Origin: an uncultured Gemmatimonadales bacterium
GTDB taxonomy: Bacteria; Gemmatimonadota; Gemmatimonadetes; Longimicrobiales; Longimicrobiaceae
Direction of reading: 5' to 3'
DNA: 64,000 nt
NCBI GenBank assembly: GCA_963716255.1
Contig: OY970303.1
Span: 5,504,001-5,568,000 of the forward strand
The position numbers and the translations under genes were made by a program. The notes under the pieces are model-generated. The model saw only the letters and a program-made list of their open reading frames with translations. It made no database searches and was not told where the DNA came from. Shown here piece after piece: positions 8,042 to 17,496 of the stretch. Numbering within the stretch: position 1 is the stretch's first letter; the number at the start of each line of letters is the position of its first letter.

Positions 8042-9619
8042 ATGCTTGCGCACGCCGTCATCTTCGCGGTAGCACTCTTTGCTGGGCTCGTGCTGACGCC
8101 GGTGGTCATCCGCACGGCGGTCGCCTGGGAGATGTTCGACCCTCCCCACGAGGACCGGCGGGTGCACACGGAGCCCCTTCCGCGCATCGGCGGCGTCGCG
8201 GTGTTCATGGCGATGGGCGCCGGGCTGCTGGTGACGGCGCTCGCCTCGCTTGTGGGGTTCGAGCTGCTCACCGGGCCGCGCAGCTTCTTCTACGGAGTGC
8301 TCTTCGGCGGCGGGATCATCTTCGCCACGGGGCTGGTGGACGACGTGCGGGGGCTGCGGCCGGGCGCCAAGCTGGTCGCCCAGCTGGTGGCGGCGTTCGT
8401 GGTGTACGCCTACGGGTTCCGCGTGGAGGTGGTGGGGGTCGGCTCCACGGAGCTGGTGCTGGGGTGGCTCGCGCTCCCGGTGACCATCCTGTGGATCGTG
8501 GGCGTCACCAACGCCTTCAACCTGATCGACGGGCTGGACGGCCTGGCCACCGGGATCGCGCTGGTGGCCCTGGTCACCACGCTGGTGGTGTCGCTGGCGC
8601 TCGGCAACGTGGAGGTAAGCCTCCTGTCCGTGGCGCTGCTGGGCGCGCTCTTCGGCTTCCTGCGCTACAATTTCAACCCCGCGCGCATCTTCCTGGGCGA
8701 TTCCGGGAGCCTGTTCGTGGGGTTCATGCTGGCGGTGCTCTCGGTGTACGGCTCGCAGAAGGCGGCCACGGCGATCCTGGCCGTGGTGCCGCTGTTCGCG
8801 CTGGCGGTGCCGCTCCTGGACACGGGGCTTGCCATCCTGCGGCGCTGGCTGCGCGGCATCCCCATCTCGCAGGCGGACGGGCGGCACATCCACCACCGCC
8901 TCCTGGCGCTGGGGCTCACGCACCGCAACGCGGTGATCGTGCTGTACGTTTCGGCGAGCGTGCTGGCGATGCTGGGGCTGTCGCTGGTGTTCGCGCCGCC
9001 CCCGGCGGTGATGTCGGTGGCGGCGGCGGGCGCGGGGGTGACGCTCTTCCTGCTGGTGTACGGCCTGCGCCGCCTGCAGTACCACGAGTTCGTGGAGGCG
9101 GGCGCGGTGCTGGCGTCCGGGCTGGCGCGGGTGCGGCGCACCATCCGCGACCGCATCTACGCCCAGGACCTGGGGCAGGTGGTGTGGAGCGCGGGGACCT
9201 TCGAGGAGGTCAACGCGGTGCTGGAGGACAACGCCACCACCTTCGGCTTCCTGCACATGGAGGTGTGCCGCGAGAGCGCGACCGGATCGCGCCCGCTGGT
9301 GCTCTTCGACGGGCACGCGGCCCGCGCCTGGAAGCTGGACTACCCGGTGACCTGGCACGACTTCGTGGAAAGCGACGACTACGTGCTGCGCATCTGGTGC
9401 AACCCGCGCGACGGGGCGCGCCCCTACGGCGCCGAGCGGGTGGCGCAGATCCTGGCTCCGGTGATCGAGGAGTGGATGGCGCGCTACGGTCCGCAGCGGG
9501 CGGCGGCGCGCGCCTTCGGACCCGGCCTGGAGATCGAGCGGGCGGATGCGGAGCGCGTCCTGGAGGTGGTGGAGGCGGTCAAGCCGGCGCGGCTGGGGCT
9601 GGTCCGCCCGCGGGCGTAG
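8042..9619 (+). CDS. wecA: Undecaprenyl-phosphate HexNAc-1-phosphate transferase (WecA/MraY family) with long C-terminal extension
   Basis: PRIGG, GLVDD, NAFNLIDGLDGLA, NFNPARIFLGDSGS, DGRHIHHRL; many transmembrane helices. Confidence 0.88.
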   Translation: MLAHAVIFAVALFAGLVLTPVVIRTAVAWEMFDPPHEDRRVHTEPLPRIGGVAVFMAMGAGLLVTALASLVGFELLTGPRSFFYGVLFGGGIIFATGLVDDVRGLRPGAKLVAQLVAAFVVYAYGFRVEVVGVGSTELVLGWLALPVTILWIVGVTNAFNLIDGLDGLATGIALVALVTTLVVSLALGNVEVSLLSVALLGALFGFLRYNFNPARIFLGDSGSLFVGFMLAVLSVYGSQKAATAILAVVPLFALAVPLLDTGLAILRRWLRGIPISQADGRHIHHRLLALGLTHRNAVIVLYVSASVLAMLGLSLVFAPPPAVMSVAAAGAGVTLFLLVYGLRRLQYHEFVEAGAVLASGLARVRRTIRDRIYAQDLGQVVWSAGTFEEVNAVLEDNATTFGFLHMEVCRESATGSRPLVLFDGHAARAWKLDYPVTWHDFVESDDYVLRIWCNPRDGARPYGAERVAQILAPVIEEWMARYGPQRAAARAFGPGLEIERADAERVLEVVEAVKPARLGLVRPRA

Positions 9620-9677
9620 GACGCGGCCCGGCGCGCCCTCCGGTGGGGGCGCGTGGAGGCCACTCAAGTGCAGGTGG

Positions 9678-9706
9678 TTGAGAAGCTTTCGTTCGTGCGG
9701 TATATT
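9678..9706 (+). promoter_or_regulatory. Putative sigma70 promoter upstream of the wzm-wzt operon
   Basis: TTGAGA(9678)-N17-TATATT(9701), near consensus in a GC-rich background. Confidence 0.65.
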
Positions 9707-9709
9707 CCC

Positions 9710-9741
9710 CTGCTGCCCCGTCCGGGGCAGCAGAATTTTTT
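9710..9741 (+). terminator. Intrinsic-terminator-like hairpin
   Basis: ctgctgccccg-tc-cggggcagcag followed by aatttttt. Confidence 0.5.
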
Positions 9742-9816
9742 GTGGGGTGTTCGCGCCGCCGTCCCGGCGGCACGGGCGGGCGCGGTCGCCCTCCCGCCGA
9801 GGATCACGGCAGTGGC

Positions 9817-10719
9817 ATGCAGATGGCTTCCCGCGTAGAGTCCACCATCACGCCGGTCTCCGGCCTCGTCCCGCCCCGCCAGGCGGAGCGCGCGAGCGCC
9901 CCGACGCTGGTGATCGAGCCGGCCGGGCGCTGGCCCCGGATCGACCTGCGGGAGCTGTGGGCCTACCGCGGGCTGTTCTTCTTCCTGGTGTGGCGCGACG
10001 TCAAGGTCCGCTACGCGCAGACCGTGCTCGGCGCCGGGTGGGCGATCCTGCAGCCGGTGCTGACCATGCTGGTCTTCACCGTCATCTTCGGGCGCTTCGC
10101 CGCCATCCCCTCCGACGGCGTGCCCTACGCGGTGTTCTCGCTGGCCGCGCTGGTGCCCTGGACGTACTTCTCCACGGCGCTCTCCGGGGCGAGCAACAGC
10201 CTGGTGTCCAGCACCAACCTGATCACCAAGGTGTACTTTCCGCGCCTGGTGATCCCCTTCGCGCCGGTGCTGGCGGGGCTGGTGGACTTCGCGGTGGCGC
10301 TGGCCGTGCTGGGCGCGGTGATGCTCTTCTACGGCATCGTCCCCGGCCCGCTGGCGCTGGTGGTGGTGCCGCTGCTCCTGCTGGGGATGATGCTCACCGC
10401 GGCGGGGGTGGGGTGCTGGCTCGCCGCGCTCAACATCCAGTACCGCGACGTCAAGCACGTGACGCCCTTTCTGGTGCAGGTGTGGATGTACGCGTCGCCC
10501 ATCGTCTACCCCATGTCGCTGGTCCCGGAGCAGTACCGCGGGTACTACGCGCTCAATCCCATGGCGGGGATCGTGGAGGGCTTCCGCGCCGTGCTCCTGG
10601 GCACGGGCGCCGTGGCCTGGCCCACCATCGGGATGTCGCTCGCCGTCGGCGCCGTTCTCTTTTTGACCGGCTCCCTCTACTTCCGGCGGACGGAGCGCGT
10701 CTTCGCCGACGTGGCCTGA
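9817..10719 (+). CDS. wzm: Polysaccharide ABC transporter permease
   Basis: RDVKVRYAQTVLGAGWAILQP, LITKVYFPR, YRDV, SPIVYP, LNPM. Confidence 0.92.
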   Translation: MQMASRVESTITPVSGLVPPRQAERASAPTLVIEPAGRWPRIDLRELWAYRGLFFFLVWRDVKVRYAQTVLGAGWAILQPVLTMLVFTVIFGRFAAIPSDGVPYAVFSLAALVPWTYFSTALSGASNSLVSSTNLITKVYFPRLVIPFAPVLAGLVDFAVALAVLGAVMLFYGIVPGPLALVVVPLLLLGMMLTAAGVGCWLAALNIQYRDVKHVTPFLVQVWMYASPIVYPMSLVPEQYRGYYALNPMAGIVEGFRAVLLGTGAVAWPTIGMSLAVGAVLFLTGSLYFRRTERVFADVA

Positions 10720-10735
10720 GCCGGGGATCCGCAGC

Positions 10736-12043
10736 ATGTCCAACATCGCAGTCCGGGTCGAGCACCTCGGCAAGCGCTACCGCATCGGCACGGCGGCCGG
10801 GCGCCACGACTCCATCCGCGAGGCGTTGGTGCAGGCCGCCAAGGCGCCGTTCCGCAACCTGGGACGCCTGCGCGACCTGGGTCGCTTCGCGGACGCGGAG
10901 GCGGACGACGTGGTGTGGGCGCTGCGCGACGTGTCCTTCGAGGTCAAGCACGGCGAGGCGGTGGGCGTCATCGGGCGCAACGGGGCGGGGAAGAGCACGC
11001 TGCTCAAGATCCTGTCGCGCATCACCGAGCCGAGCACCGGCCGCGCCATCGTGCACGGTCGGGTGGGCTCGCTTCTGGAGGTGGGGACGGGCTTCCACCC
11101 CGAGCTGACCGGGCGCGAGAACGTGTACCTGAACGGCTCCATCCTGGGGATGGACCGGGCGTACATCGACCGCAAGTTCGACGAGATCGTGGCGTTCTCG
11201 GGGGTGGAGAAGTTCGTGGACACCCCGGTGAAGCGCTACTCCAGCGGGATGTACCTCCGCCTGGCCTTCGCGGTCGCGGCGCACCTGGAGCCGGAGGTGC
11301 TGATCGTGGACGAGGTGCTTGCGGTGGGCGACGCGGAGTTCCAGAAGAAGTGCCTGGGGAAGATGGGCGAGGTGGCCAAGGAGGGGCGCACGGTGCTCTT
11401 CGTCAGCCACCACATGGGGGCGGTGCGGGCGCTCTGCGACTCGGTGATGCTGCTGAAGGCGGGGACCTCGGTGGCCTTCGGCAACCCGGACGACATCATC
11501 GCGGAGTACCTGGCGGTGCGCGGCGAGTCGGACACGGCGGAGCTCGTGTGGCCGGAGCTGCAGGGCGCGCCGGGGACGGACGACCTGCGGGCGAGGGCGC
11601 TGCGCCTGCGCGATGTCGACGGCCGCATCACCGGCGAGGTGGCGGACGACGAGGACCTGATGGTGGAGATCGAGTACGAGGTGGTGCACCGGATCTGGAA
11701 CGCGCAGGTGGGCTTCCAGGTGCTCACCGCGGACGGCACCATCGTCCTGGAGTCGTACCAGGGCGACCACCTGGAGGACGTGGGCACGCAGGAGCCGGGG
11801 GTGTACCACTGGAGCTGCCGCATCCCGGGGATGTTCCTGAACAGCGGGCAGTACTACGTGAAGCTGTGGGGCTACGTCCCGGACGTGAAGTACCTGTTTC
11901 CCACCGAGGTGCTGCTCCCCTTCGCGATCACCCAGCTCAAGCACCTGGGCGCCGACCGTGGCAAGCGGCCCGGGCTGATCCGCACCCCGCTGGAGTGGCA
12001 GGAGCTGTCCCCCGTCTCCGCCGGCCCGGGAGGGCTTCGCTGA
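10736..12043 (+). CDS. wzt: Polysaccharide ABC transporter ATPase with C-terminal Wzt_C-like domain
   Basis: Walker A GRNGAGKST, YSSGM signature, LIVDEVLAVGDAEFQKKC, VSH; extra C-terminal beta domain. Confidence 0.93.
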   Translation: MSNIAVRVEHLGKRYRIGTAAGRHDSIREALVQAAKAPFRNLGRLRDLGRFADAEADDVVWALRDVSFEVKHGEAVGVIGRNGAGKSTLLKILSRITEPSTGRAIVHGRVGSLLEVGTGFHPELTGRENVYLNGSILGMDRAYIDRKFDEIVAFSGVEKFVDTPVKRYSSGMYLRLAFAVAAHLEPEVLIVDEVLAVGDAEFQKKCLGKMGEVAKEGRTVLFVSHHMGAVRALCDSVMLLKAGTSVAFGNPDDIIAEYLAVRGESDTAELVWPELQGAPGTDDLRARALRLRDVDGRITGEVADDEDLMVEIEYEVVHRIWNAQVGFQVLTADGTIVLESYQGDHLEDVGTQEPGVYHWSCRIPGMFLNSGQYYVKLWGYVPDVKYLFPTEVLLPFAITQLKHLGADRGKRPGLIRTPLEWQELSPVSAGPGGLR

Positions 12044-12164
12044 TCCGCAGGGCGGAAGCGCGCTCCGCCATGGGACGCCCTCTGGGGCCCCGGCATGCTC
12101 ATCCTCCACGGCGGGTGAGCATGCTTCGCTATTGCCCAGGGCGGCGCGGGGCCGGGGGGGCGCG

Positions 12165-13454
12165 TTGAGGGTCCTCTACGACGTGTCGGTGCTCGGGATG
12201 AGCGCCCTGGACTCGCGCGCGAGGACGGGGGTGTTCCGCACCGTGGCGAGCCTGGCCGCGGGGCTGGCGGCGTCGCCGGAGTGCGAGCTGAGCTTCTGCG
12301 CCGGGGGCGAGAGCTTCTACCCGGTGTACGGGGCGCTCCGCTACCTGGAGGCGGACCCGCGCCTGGCGGGAACCCCGTTCGTGTCGGCGGGGGCGCGGGA
12401 GCGCGCGGCGCGCCGGCTGCTGGACGGCTTCTGGCCGTACACCCGCGAGCCGGAGGCGGGCGTCTCGCTGGGCGTGGGCGGGCGCGCCATGCGCAAGCTG
12501 GCGATCTCGGTCTTCAACACCGTGGCGGACCGCCCTCACCCGGTGGAGGCGCGGGAGCTGCGCGGGGCGGACGTCTACCACTCGCCGCACGGTCCGCTGC
12601 CCCCGCGGACCCGGGGCGCTACGACACGGCGCTTCATCACCGTGTACGACCTGATCGCCGTGTTCCGGCCGGATCTCTTCGAGGCGCACGTGCAGGACTA
12701 CGTCCGCTCCATCCTGGACAGCATCGGACCGGAGGACCGGGTCGCCTGCATCTCGGAGGCGACGCGCCGCGACCTGTGCGGGCACACCGGGATCGCCCCG
12801 GAGCGGGTGTTCGTGACGCCGCTGGCAGCCTCGCGCGAGCTGTTCCACCCGGTGGACGACCCGGCGGCGCTTGCGGCGGTGCGCGCGCGCTACGGGATCC
12901 CCGACGCGCCGTACCTGCTGAGCCTGAACACGCTGGAGCCGCGCAAGAACCTGGGGACGGCGGTGCGCGCCTTCGCCCGGCTGGTGGAGCAGGAGCGGAT
13001 CGGCGACCTGCGCCTGGTGCTGGTGGGCGCGCGCGGGTGGGACTTCACGGAGGTGTTCGACGCGGTGGAGCGCTCGCCGGCGCTGCGGGACCGCGTCCTC
13101 TTCCCCGGCTACGTGGCGGACCGGGACCTGGCGGCGCTCTACAGCGGCGCGCTCGCCTTCGTGTACCCGTCTCTGTACGAGGGCTTCGGGCTGCCGCCGC
13201 TGGAGGCGATGCAGTGCGGGGTGCCGGTGGTGACCTCCGACACGTCGGCGCTCCCGGAGGTGGTGGGCGGCGCGGGGCGGATGGTGGCGCCGGACGACGT
13301 GGACGGCTTCGCGGCGGCGCTGGGCGAGCTGTACCGCGACTCGGCGCTGCGGGCGGAGCTGGGGCGCCGCTCGCTCGTGCGGGCGCGGGAGTTCAGCTGG
13401 GAGCGCTGCACCCGCGAGACGCTGGCCGCCTACCGGACGGCGCTCGATGCCTGA
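12165..13454 (+). CDS. GT4 family glycosyltransferase (MtfB/WbdB-like)
   Basis: TLEPRKNL, FVYPSLYEGFGLPPLEAMQCGVPV; TTG start assumed. Confidence 0.9.
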   Translation: MRVLYDVSVLGMSALDSRARTGVFRTVASLAAGLAASPECELSFCAGGESFYPVYGALRYLEADPRLAGTPFVSAGARERAARRLLDGFWPYTREPEAGVSLGVGGRAMRKLAISVFNTVADRPHPVEARELRGADVYHSPHGPLPPRTRGATTRRFITVYDLIAVFRPDLFEAHVQDYVRSILDSIGPEDRVACISEATRRDLCGHTGIAPERVFVTPLAASRELFHPVDDPAALAAVRARYGIPDAPYLLSLNTLEPRKNLGTAVRAFARLVEQERIGDLRLVLVGARGWDFTEVFDAVERSPALRDRVLFPGYVADRDLAALYSGALAFVYPSLYEGFGLPPLEAMQCGVPVVTSDTSALPEVVGGAGRMVAPDDVDGFAAALGELYRDSALRAELGRRSLVRAREFSWERCTRETLAAYRTALDA

Positions 13455-14652
13455 GGCCGCGCGCGGTCCGGTCCCCGCCCCGGAGGCGGTGCGCAGGGTG
13501 TTCGTGCTGCGGCCGGACAACCTGGGCGACGTGGTACTTTTTTCGGGGGCGCTCCGCCAGCTGAGGACGCTGTACCCCAACGCGGAGGTGGACCTCTGCG
13601 TGAAGCGCTACGTGCGCAACCTGGTGGAGGCGTGCCCGTACGTGGACCGCATCGTCCACTGGGAGGAGCTGCACGCGGACTGGCCGGCGTGGACGCGGCG
13701 GATCCGCGGGCTGACGCGCCTGGAGCTGGCGACCCGCCGCATGGGGCTGCGGCTGCGGCACCGCGCCGACGTGGCGCTCCTCCCCGTGCGCTCCCCGTCC
13801 CCGGAGATGCACGCCACGCTGGCGGCGATCCCGGGGGCGCTGCGCTTCGGGGTGGCGGGGTCGGACGCGAACCAGCCGCCGGACGCGGACCGCTCGGCGG
13901 ACGGGATCTACGCGCGGCGGCTGACGCTGGGGCCGGAGCGCACCCGGGAGCACGAGCTGGAGGTGAACCGCGACTTCCTCCGCATGCTGGGCGCGCAGGT
14001 GGAGCTGGAGGACGTGCGGCCGGAGTTCTGGACCACGGCCGCGGACCGCGGCTGGGCGGAGGCGCACGTGCGGCGCGAGGAGGGGACCACGCTGCTGGCG
14101 CTGGCGCCGGGGGTGACGGCGCCGGCGGGCAAGGCGTACCCGGCCGCGCGCTACGCGGAGGTGCTCGCGGGCGTGCCGGAGCGCCGCTTCGGCGTGGTGC
14201 TGCTGGGCGGCGCCGCGGACGCGGCGGCGTGCGCGGAGGTGGCGGCGGCGCTCGCCGGGACGACCAACGTGGCCGGGGTCGCGAACCTGGCGGGGCGCTC
14301 CACCATCCGCGAGATGGTGGAGGCGATCCGCCGCTGCGACGCGGTGCTGGGCCCCGATTCCGCGCCGCTGCACGTGGGCGTCGCGCTGGGGAAGCCCACC
14401 GCGAGCATCGTGGGCGGGGGGCACTGGGGGCGCTTCCACCCCTGGGGCGACCCGGCCCTGAACCGCGTCGTCCACCTCCCCATGGGGTGCTACGGCTGCG
14501 GCTGGGCCTGCCCGTACGAGACCATGCGCTGCGTGCAGGACATCGCCCCGGCGGCGGTCGCCCGGGAGCTGCGTGCGGCGCTGGACGCCGCGCCGGGCGG
14601 CGCCGCGCACGCCGCCATTGCGCTCGCGGACGCCGGGCGCCAGCATTCCTGA
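13447..14652 (+). CDS. GT9 family (heptosyltransferase-like) glycosyltransferase
   Basis: RPDNLGDVV, NLAGRST, DSAPLHVGVALGKP, C-terminal CYGCGWAC motif. Confidence 0.85.
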   Translation: MPEAARGPVPAPEAVRRVFVLRPDNLGDVVLFSGALRQLRTLYPNAEVDLCVKRYVRNLVEACPYVDRIVHWEELHADWPAWTRRIRGLTRLELATRRMGLRLRHRADVALLPVRSPSPEMHATLAAIPGALRFGVAGSDANQPPDADRSADGIYARRLTLGPERTREHELEVNRDFLRMLGAQVELEDVRPEFWTTAADRGWAEAHVRREEGTTLLALAPGVTAPAGKAYPAARYAEVLAGVPERRFGVVLLGGAADAAACAEVAAALAGTTNVAGVANLAGRSTIREMVEAIRRCDAVLGPDSAPLHVGVALGKPTASIVGGGHWGRFHPWGDPALNRVVHLPMGCYGCGWACPYETMRCVQDIAPAAVARELRAALDAAPGGAAHAAIALADAGRQHS

Positions 14653-14833
14653 CATCGGCGGCTTCCGGATTCCTCGCCCCGCGCCACCTCGACCGCACCT
14701 TTCCGGCGACTCCGTTCCGGCCGCTCGTCCCGCCCCGTGGCGTGACCCCGGCGCCGCTGCCTCGTCTGTTGCCGGAGGCGACATTCCACCTCCCGCCCAT
14801 CCGGTCCCCCGCGGACCCCACCGATCCACCACG

Positions 14834-16099
14834 ATGCGCACGCTGCTCCAGGGTATCCGCCACCTCATCCGCAGCGCGCTGGCCGGGCACGGCCGCGCCC
14901 CGCTCACCGTGTACGGGTGTCCGGCGGAGGCCCGCGACCGGGACTTCTGGCCGCACGCCTGGAGCTGGTTCGCCTCGGACGAGGCGGCGATCCGCGCCCG
15001 CGGCGGGGACTACCGCCCGGTGCACTTCGCCGAGACGGTGTGCCGGCGTCCCCCGCGCACCCTGGACCCGCGCCCTCACTGGTTCTTCGGGATGGACGCG
15101 GCGCAGGACCTCCCCTCGTCCTTCGCGGCGGTGGTCCCGGAGGGGCGCGCGGCCGGGGCGGCGGGCGCGGTGTTCGCGTCGGACGGGCGCATGCTGGGCG
15201 ACCTGTCGCGCGAGTTCGGCACGCCGGCGATCGCGCACCCGGCCCTGCGCGGGCCGCTGCCGCCGGCGCGGCGAGTGGAGGGGACGGTGGTGGTGCTCGC
15301 CGCCCCGGGGAGCCGCGTCTACTACCACTGGCTGCTGGACGTGCTGCCGCGCGTGGAGATCGCGCGGCGGGCGGGCTTCGGGGGCGAGGGAACGGAGCGC
15401 TTCCTGGTGTCCGGCGGCTTGCTCCCCTTCCAGCGGGAAACGCTCGCGGCGCTGGGGATCGGCCCGGAGCGGGTCCTGGACGCCGCCCAGTACCCGCACC
15501 TGGTCGCCGAGCGGCTGGTGGTGCCGTCGTACCCCGGGCGCGCGGAGCACCCGCCGCGCTGGGTGTGCGAGTTCCTGCGGCGCGCGCTGCTCCCCGAAGC
15601 CCGCGACGCGGCCCCGGTGCGGCTGTACGTGTCCCGCGCGGACGCGGAGGAGCGCCGGGTGGCGAACGAGGCGGAGGTGGAGGGCCTGCTGCGCGGGCGC
15701 GGCTTCCGCACCGTGGTGCTGGGGGAGCTCCCGGTGGCGGAGCAGGCGGCGCTGTTCGCGTCGGCGGAGGTGGTGGCGGGGCCGCACGGGAGCGGGCTGG
15801 CGAACCTGGCCTTCTGCGCGCCGGGGACCCGGGTGGTGGAGATGTTCGCGCCGGGGTACGTGAACCCCTGCTTCTGGTCGCTGGCGAGCCAGGCGGGGCT
15901 GGACTACGCCTACCTGCTGGGCGAGGGGCCGCGCCCGCCCGACTACGTCCACCCGCACGACAGCGCGGCCGACATGACCGTGGACCCGGCGGCTCTGGAG
16001 CGGCTGCTGGACCTGCTGGGGATCGCGGCCCCGGCGCCCGCGCCGCGCTACGAGGAGGCCGGCGCCGCGCCGCGCGCCGACGTGCCGGCGATGGCCTGA
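14834..16099 (+). CDS. GT61 family (DUF563) glycosyltransferase
   Basis: YYHWLLDVLPR, LYVSRADA..RRVANE, EQAALFASAEVVAGPHGSGLANLAFC. Confidence 0.85.
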   Translation: MRTLLQGIRHLIRSALAGHGRAPLTVYGCPAEARDRDFWPHAWSWFASDEAAIRARGGDYRPVHFAETVCRRPPRTLDPRPHWFFGMDAAQDLPSSFAAVVPEGRAAGAAGAVFASDGRMLGDLSREFGTPAIAHPALRGPLPPARRVEGTVVVLAAPGSRVYYHWLLDVLPRVEIARRAGFGGEGTERFLVSGGLLPFQRETLAALGIGPERVLDAAQYPHLVAERLVVPSYPGRAEHPPRWVCEFLRRALLPEARDAAPVRLYVSRADAEERRVANEAEVEGLLRGRGFRTVVLGELPVAEQAALFASAEVVAGPHGSGLANLAFCAPGTRVVEMFAPGYVNPCFWSLASQAGLDYAYLLGEGPRPPDYVHPHDSAADMTVDPAALERLLDLLGIAAPAPAPRYEEAGAAPRADVPAMA

Positions 16100-16288
16100 G
16101 GCCGGGGCCCGGGCGCCGCCGGTCCATTGACGGCCGGCGCGGGGCGGGTTTACTGTTGATTCTTTTGCCGGAACCCGTTTGCGCTCTCCGGGCGGCTCCG
16201 TCCGCAGCTGGAGAGCGCCGGCCGGCGTGACCCTTCCTCCGCGGAGCCGCAGCGCGCACGGGCGCACGGCCGCGGCCCCGGGACCCGA

Positions 16289-17491
16289 GTGAACGTCGTC
16301 TTCCTGAACCCGTCCGGCCAGATCGGGGGCGCCGAGCGGAGCCTGCTCGACATCATGGCGAGCCTGCGCGCCGCGCGTCCCGACTGGACGCTGGGGCTGG
16401 TGGCGACCGCCGACGGCCCGCTGGTCCCCGCCGCGGAGGCGCTCGGGGTGCGCGTGGCGGTGGTCCCGCTGCCGGAAGGGATCGCCCGCCTGGGCGACGG
16501 GGGCGCCAGCCGCTCCGCGTCGCTGCCGCGGCTCCTTGGCGCGCTCCCCGCGGGTCCGGGGTACGTGCGGCGGCTGCGCCGCGCCGTCCGCGCCCTGGAG
16601 CCCGACGTGCTGCACACCAACGGCTTCAAGATGCACGTGCTGGGGCTGTGGGCCCGGCCGCGCGGGGTGCCCGTGGTGTGGCACGTGCACGACTTCGTGG
16701 CCCGCCGGCCGCTGATGTCGCGCCTGCTGCGCCTCCACGCCCGCGGGTGCGCCGCCGTGGTCGCGAACTCGCACGCCGTCGCGGAGGACGTGCGGCGCGT
16801 CGCCGGGACGCGCGTGCGCGGCGGGGTGCACGCGGTGCACAACGCGGTGGACCTGGAGGCGTTCTCGCCCGGAGGGATTCGGCTGGAGCTTGACGAGCGC
16901 GCCGGGCTGGAGCCGGCGCCGCCGGGGACCGTGCGGGTGGGGCTGGTGGCGACGCTGGCGTGGTGGAAGGGGCACGAGACCTTCCTCCGCGCCGTTTCGC
17001 TGCTCCCCCCGGAGCTGCCGGTGCGGGCGTACGTGGTGGGCGGGGCGCTGTACGAGACGGCGGACAGCCAGCGCTCGCTGGACGACCTGCGCGCCCTCGC
17101 CGCGCGGCTGGGGGTGGCGGAGCGGGTGGGCTTCACCGGCTACGTGGAGGACGCGGCCGCGGCGATGCGCGCCCTGGACGTGGTGGTGCACGCCAGCACC
17201 GAGCCGGAGCCCTTCGGGCTGGTGATCGCGGAGGCGATGGCGTGCGGGCGGGCCTTGGTCGCGAGCGAGGCGGGCGGGGCGGCGGAGCTGTTCCGCCCCG
17301 GCGTGGACGCGCTGGGCCACGCCCCCGGCGACGCCGCGGGGCTGGCGCGGCGCATCGCGGAGCTGGCGGGGGACGCCGGGCTGCGGGCGCGGCTCGGGGC
17401 GGAGGGCCGCGCCACGGCGGAGCGCCGCTTCGACCGCGCGCGGCTGGCGGCGGAGCTGGTCCCCATCTACCAGACGGCAGCGGAGCAGTAG
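16289..17491 (+). CDS. GT4 family glycosyltransferase
   Basis: GGAERSL, WKGH, HASTEPEPFGLVIAEAMACG. Confidence 0.92.
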   Translation: MNVVFLNPSGQIGGAERSLLDIMASLRAARPDWTLGLVATADGPLVPAAEALGVRVAVVPLPEGIARLGDGGASRSASLPRLLGALPAGPGYVRRLRRAVRALEPDVLHTNGFKMHVLGLWARPRGVPVVWHVHDFVARRPLMSRLLRLHARGCAAVVANSHAVAEDVRRVAGTRVRGGVHAVHNAVDLEAFSPGGIRLELDERAGLEPAPPGTVRVGLVATLAWWKGHETFLRAVSLLPPELPVRAYVVGGALYETADSQRSLDDLRALAARLGVAERVGFTGYVEDAAAAMRALDVVVHASTEPEPFGLVIAEAMACGRALVASEAGGAAELFRPGVDALGHAPGDAAGLARRIAELAGDAGLRARLGAEGRATAERRFDRARLAAELVPIYQTAAEQ

Positions 17492-17496
17492 ACCGA

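Noticed and set aside
16141..16220. AT-rich patch and hairpin upstream of the GT4 at 16289, and a similar patch at 33325-33350
   Set aside because: Possibly promoters or nucleoid-protein sites, but no convincing -35/-10 spacing was found.
13430..17320. 1296-aa minus-strand ORF, plus other very long antisense ORFs (41312-44557, 46128-49715, 5110-7773, 60872-63631)
   Set aside because: Shadow ORFs opposite well-supported genes. They are Arg/Pro/Gly-rich with no motifs, as expected when high GC makes stop codons scarce.
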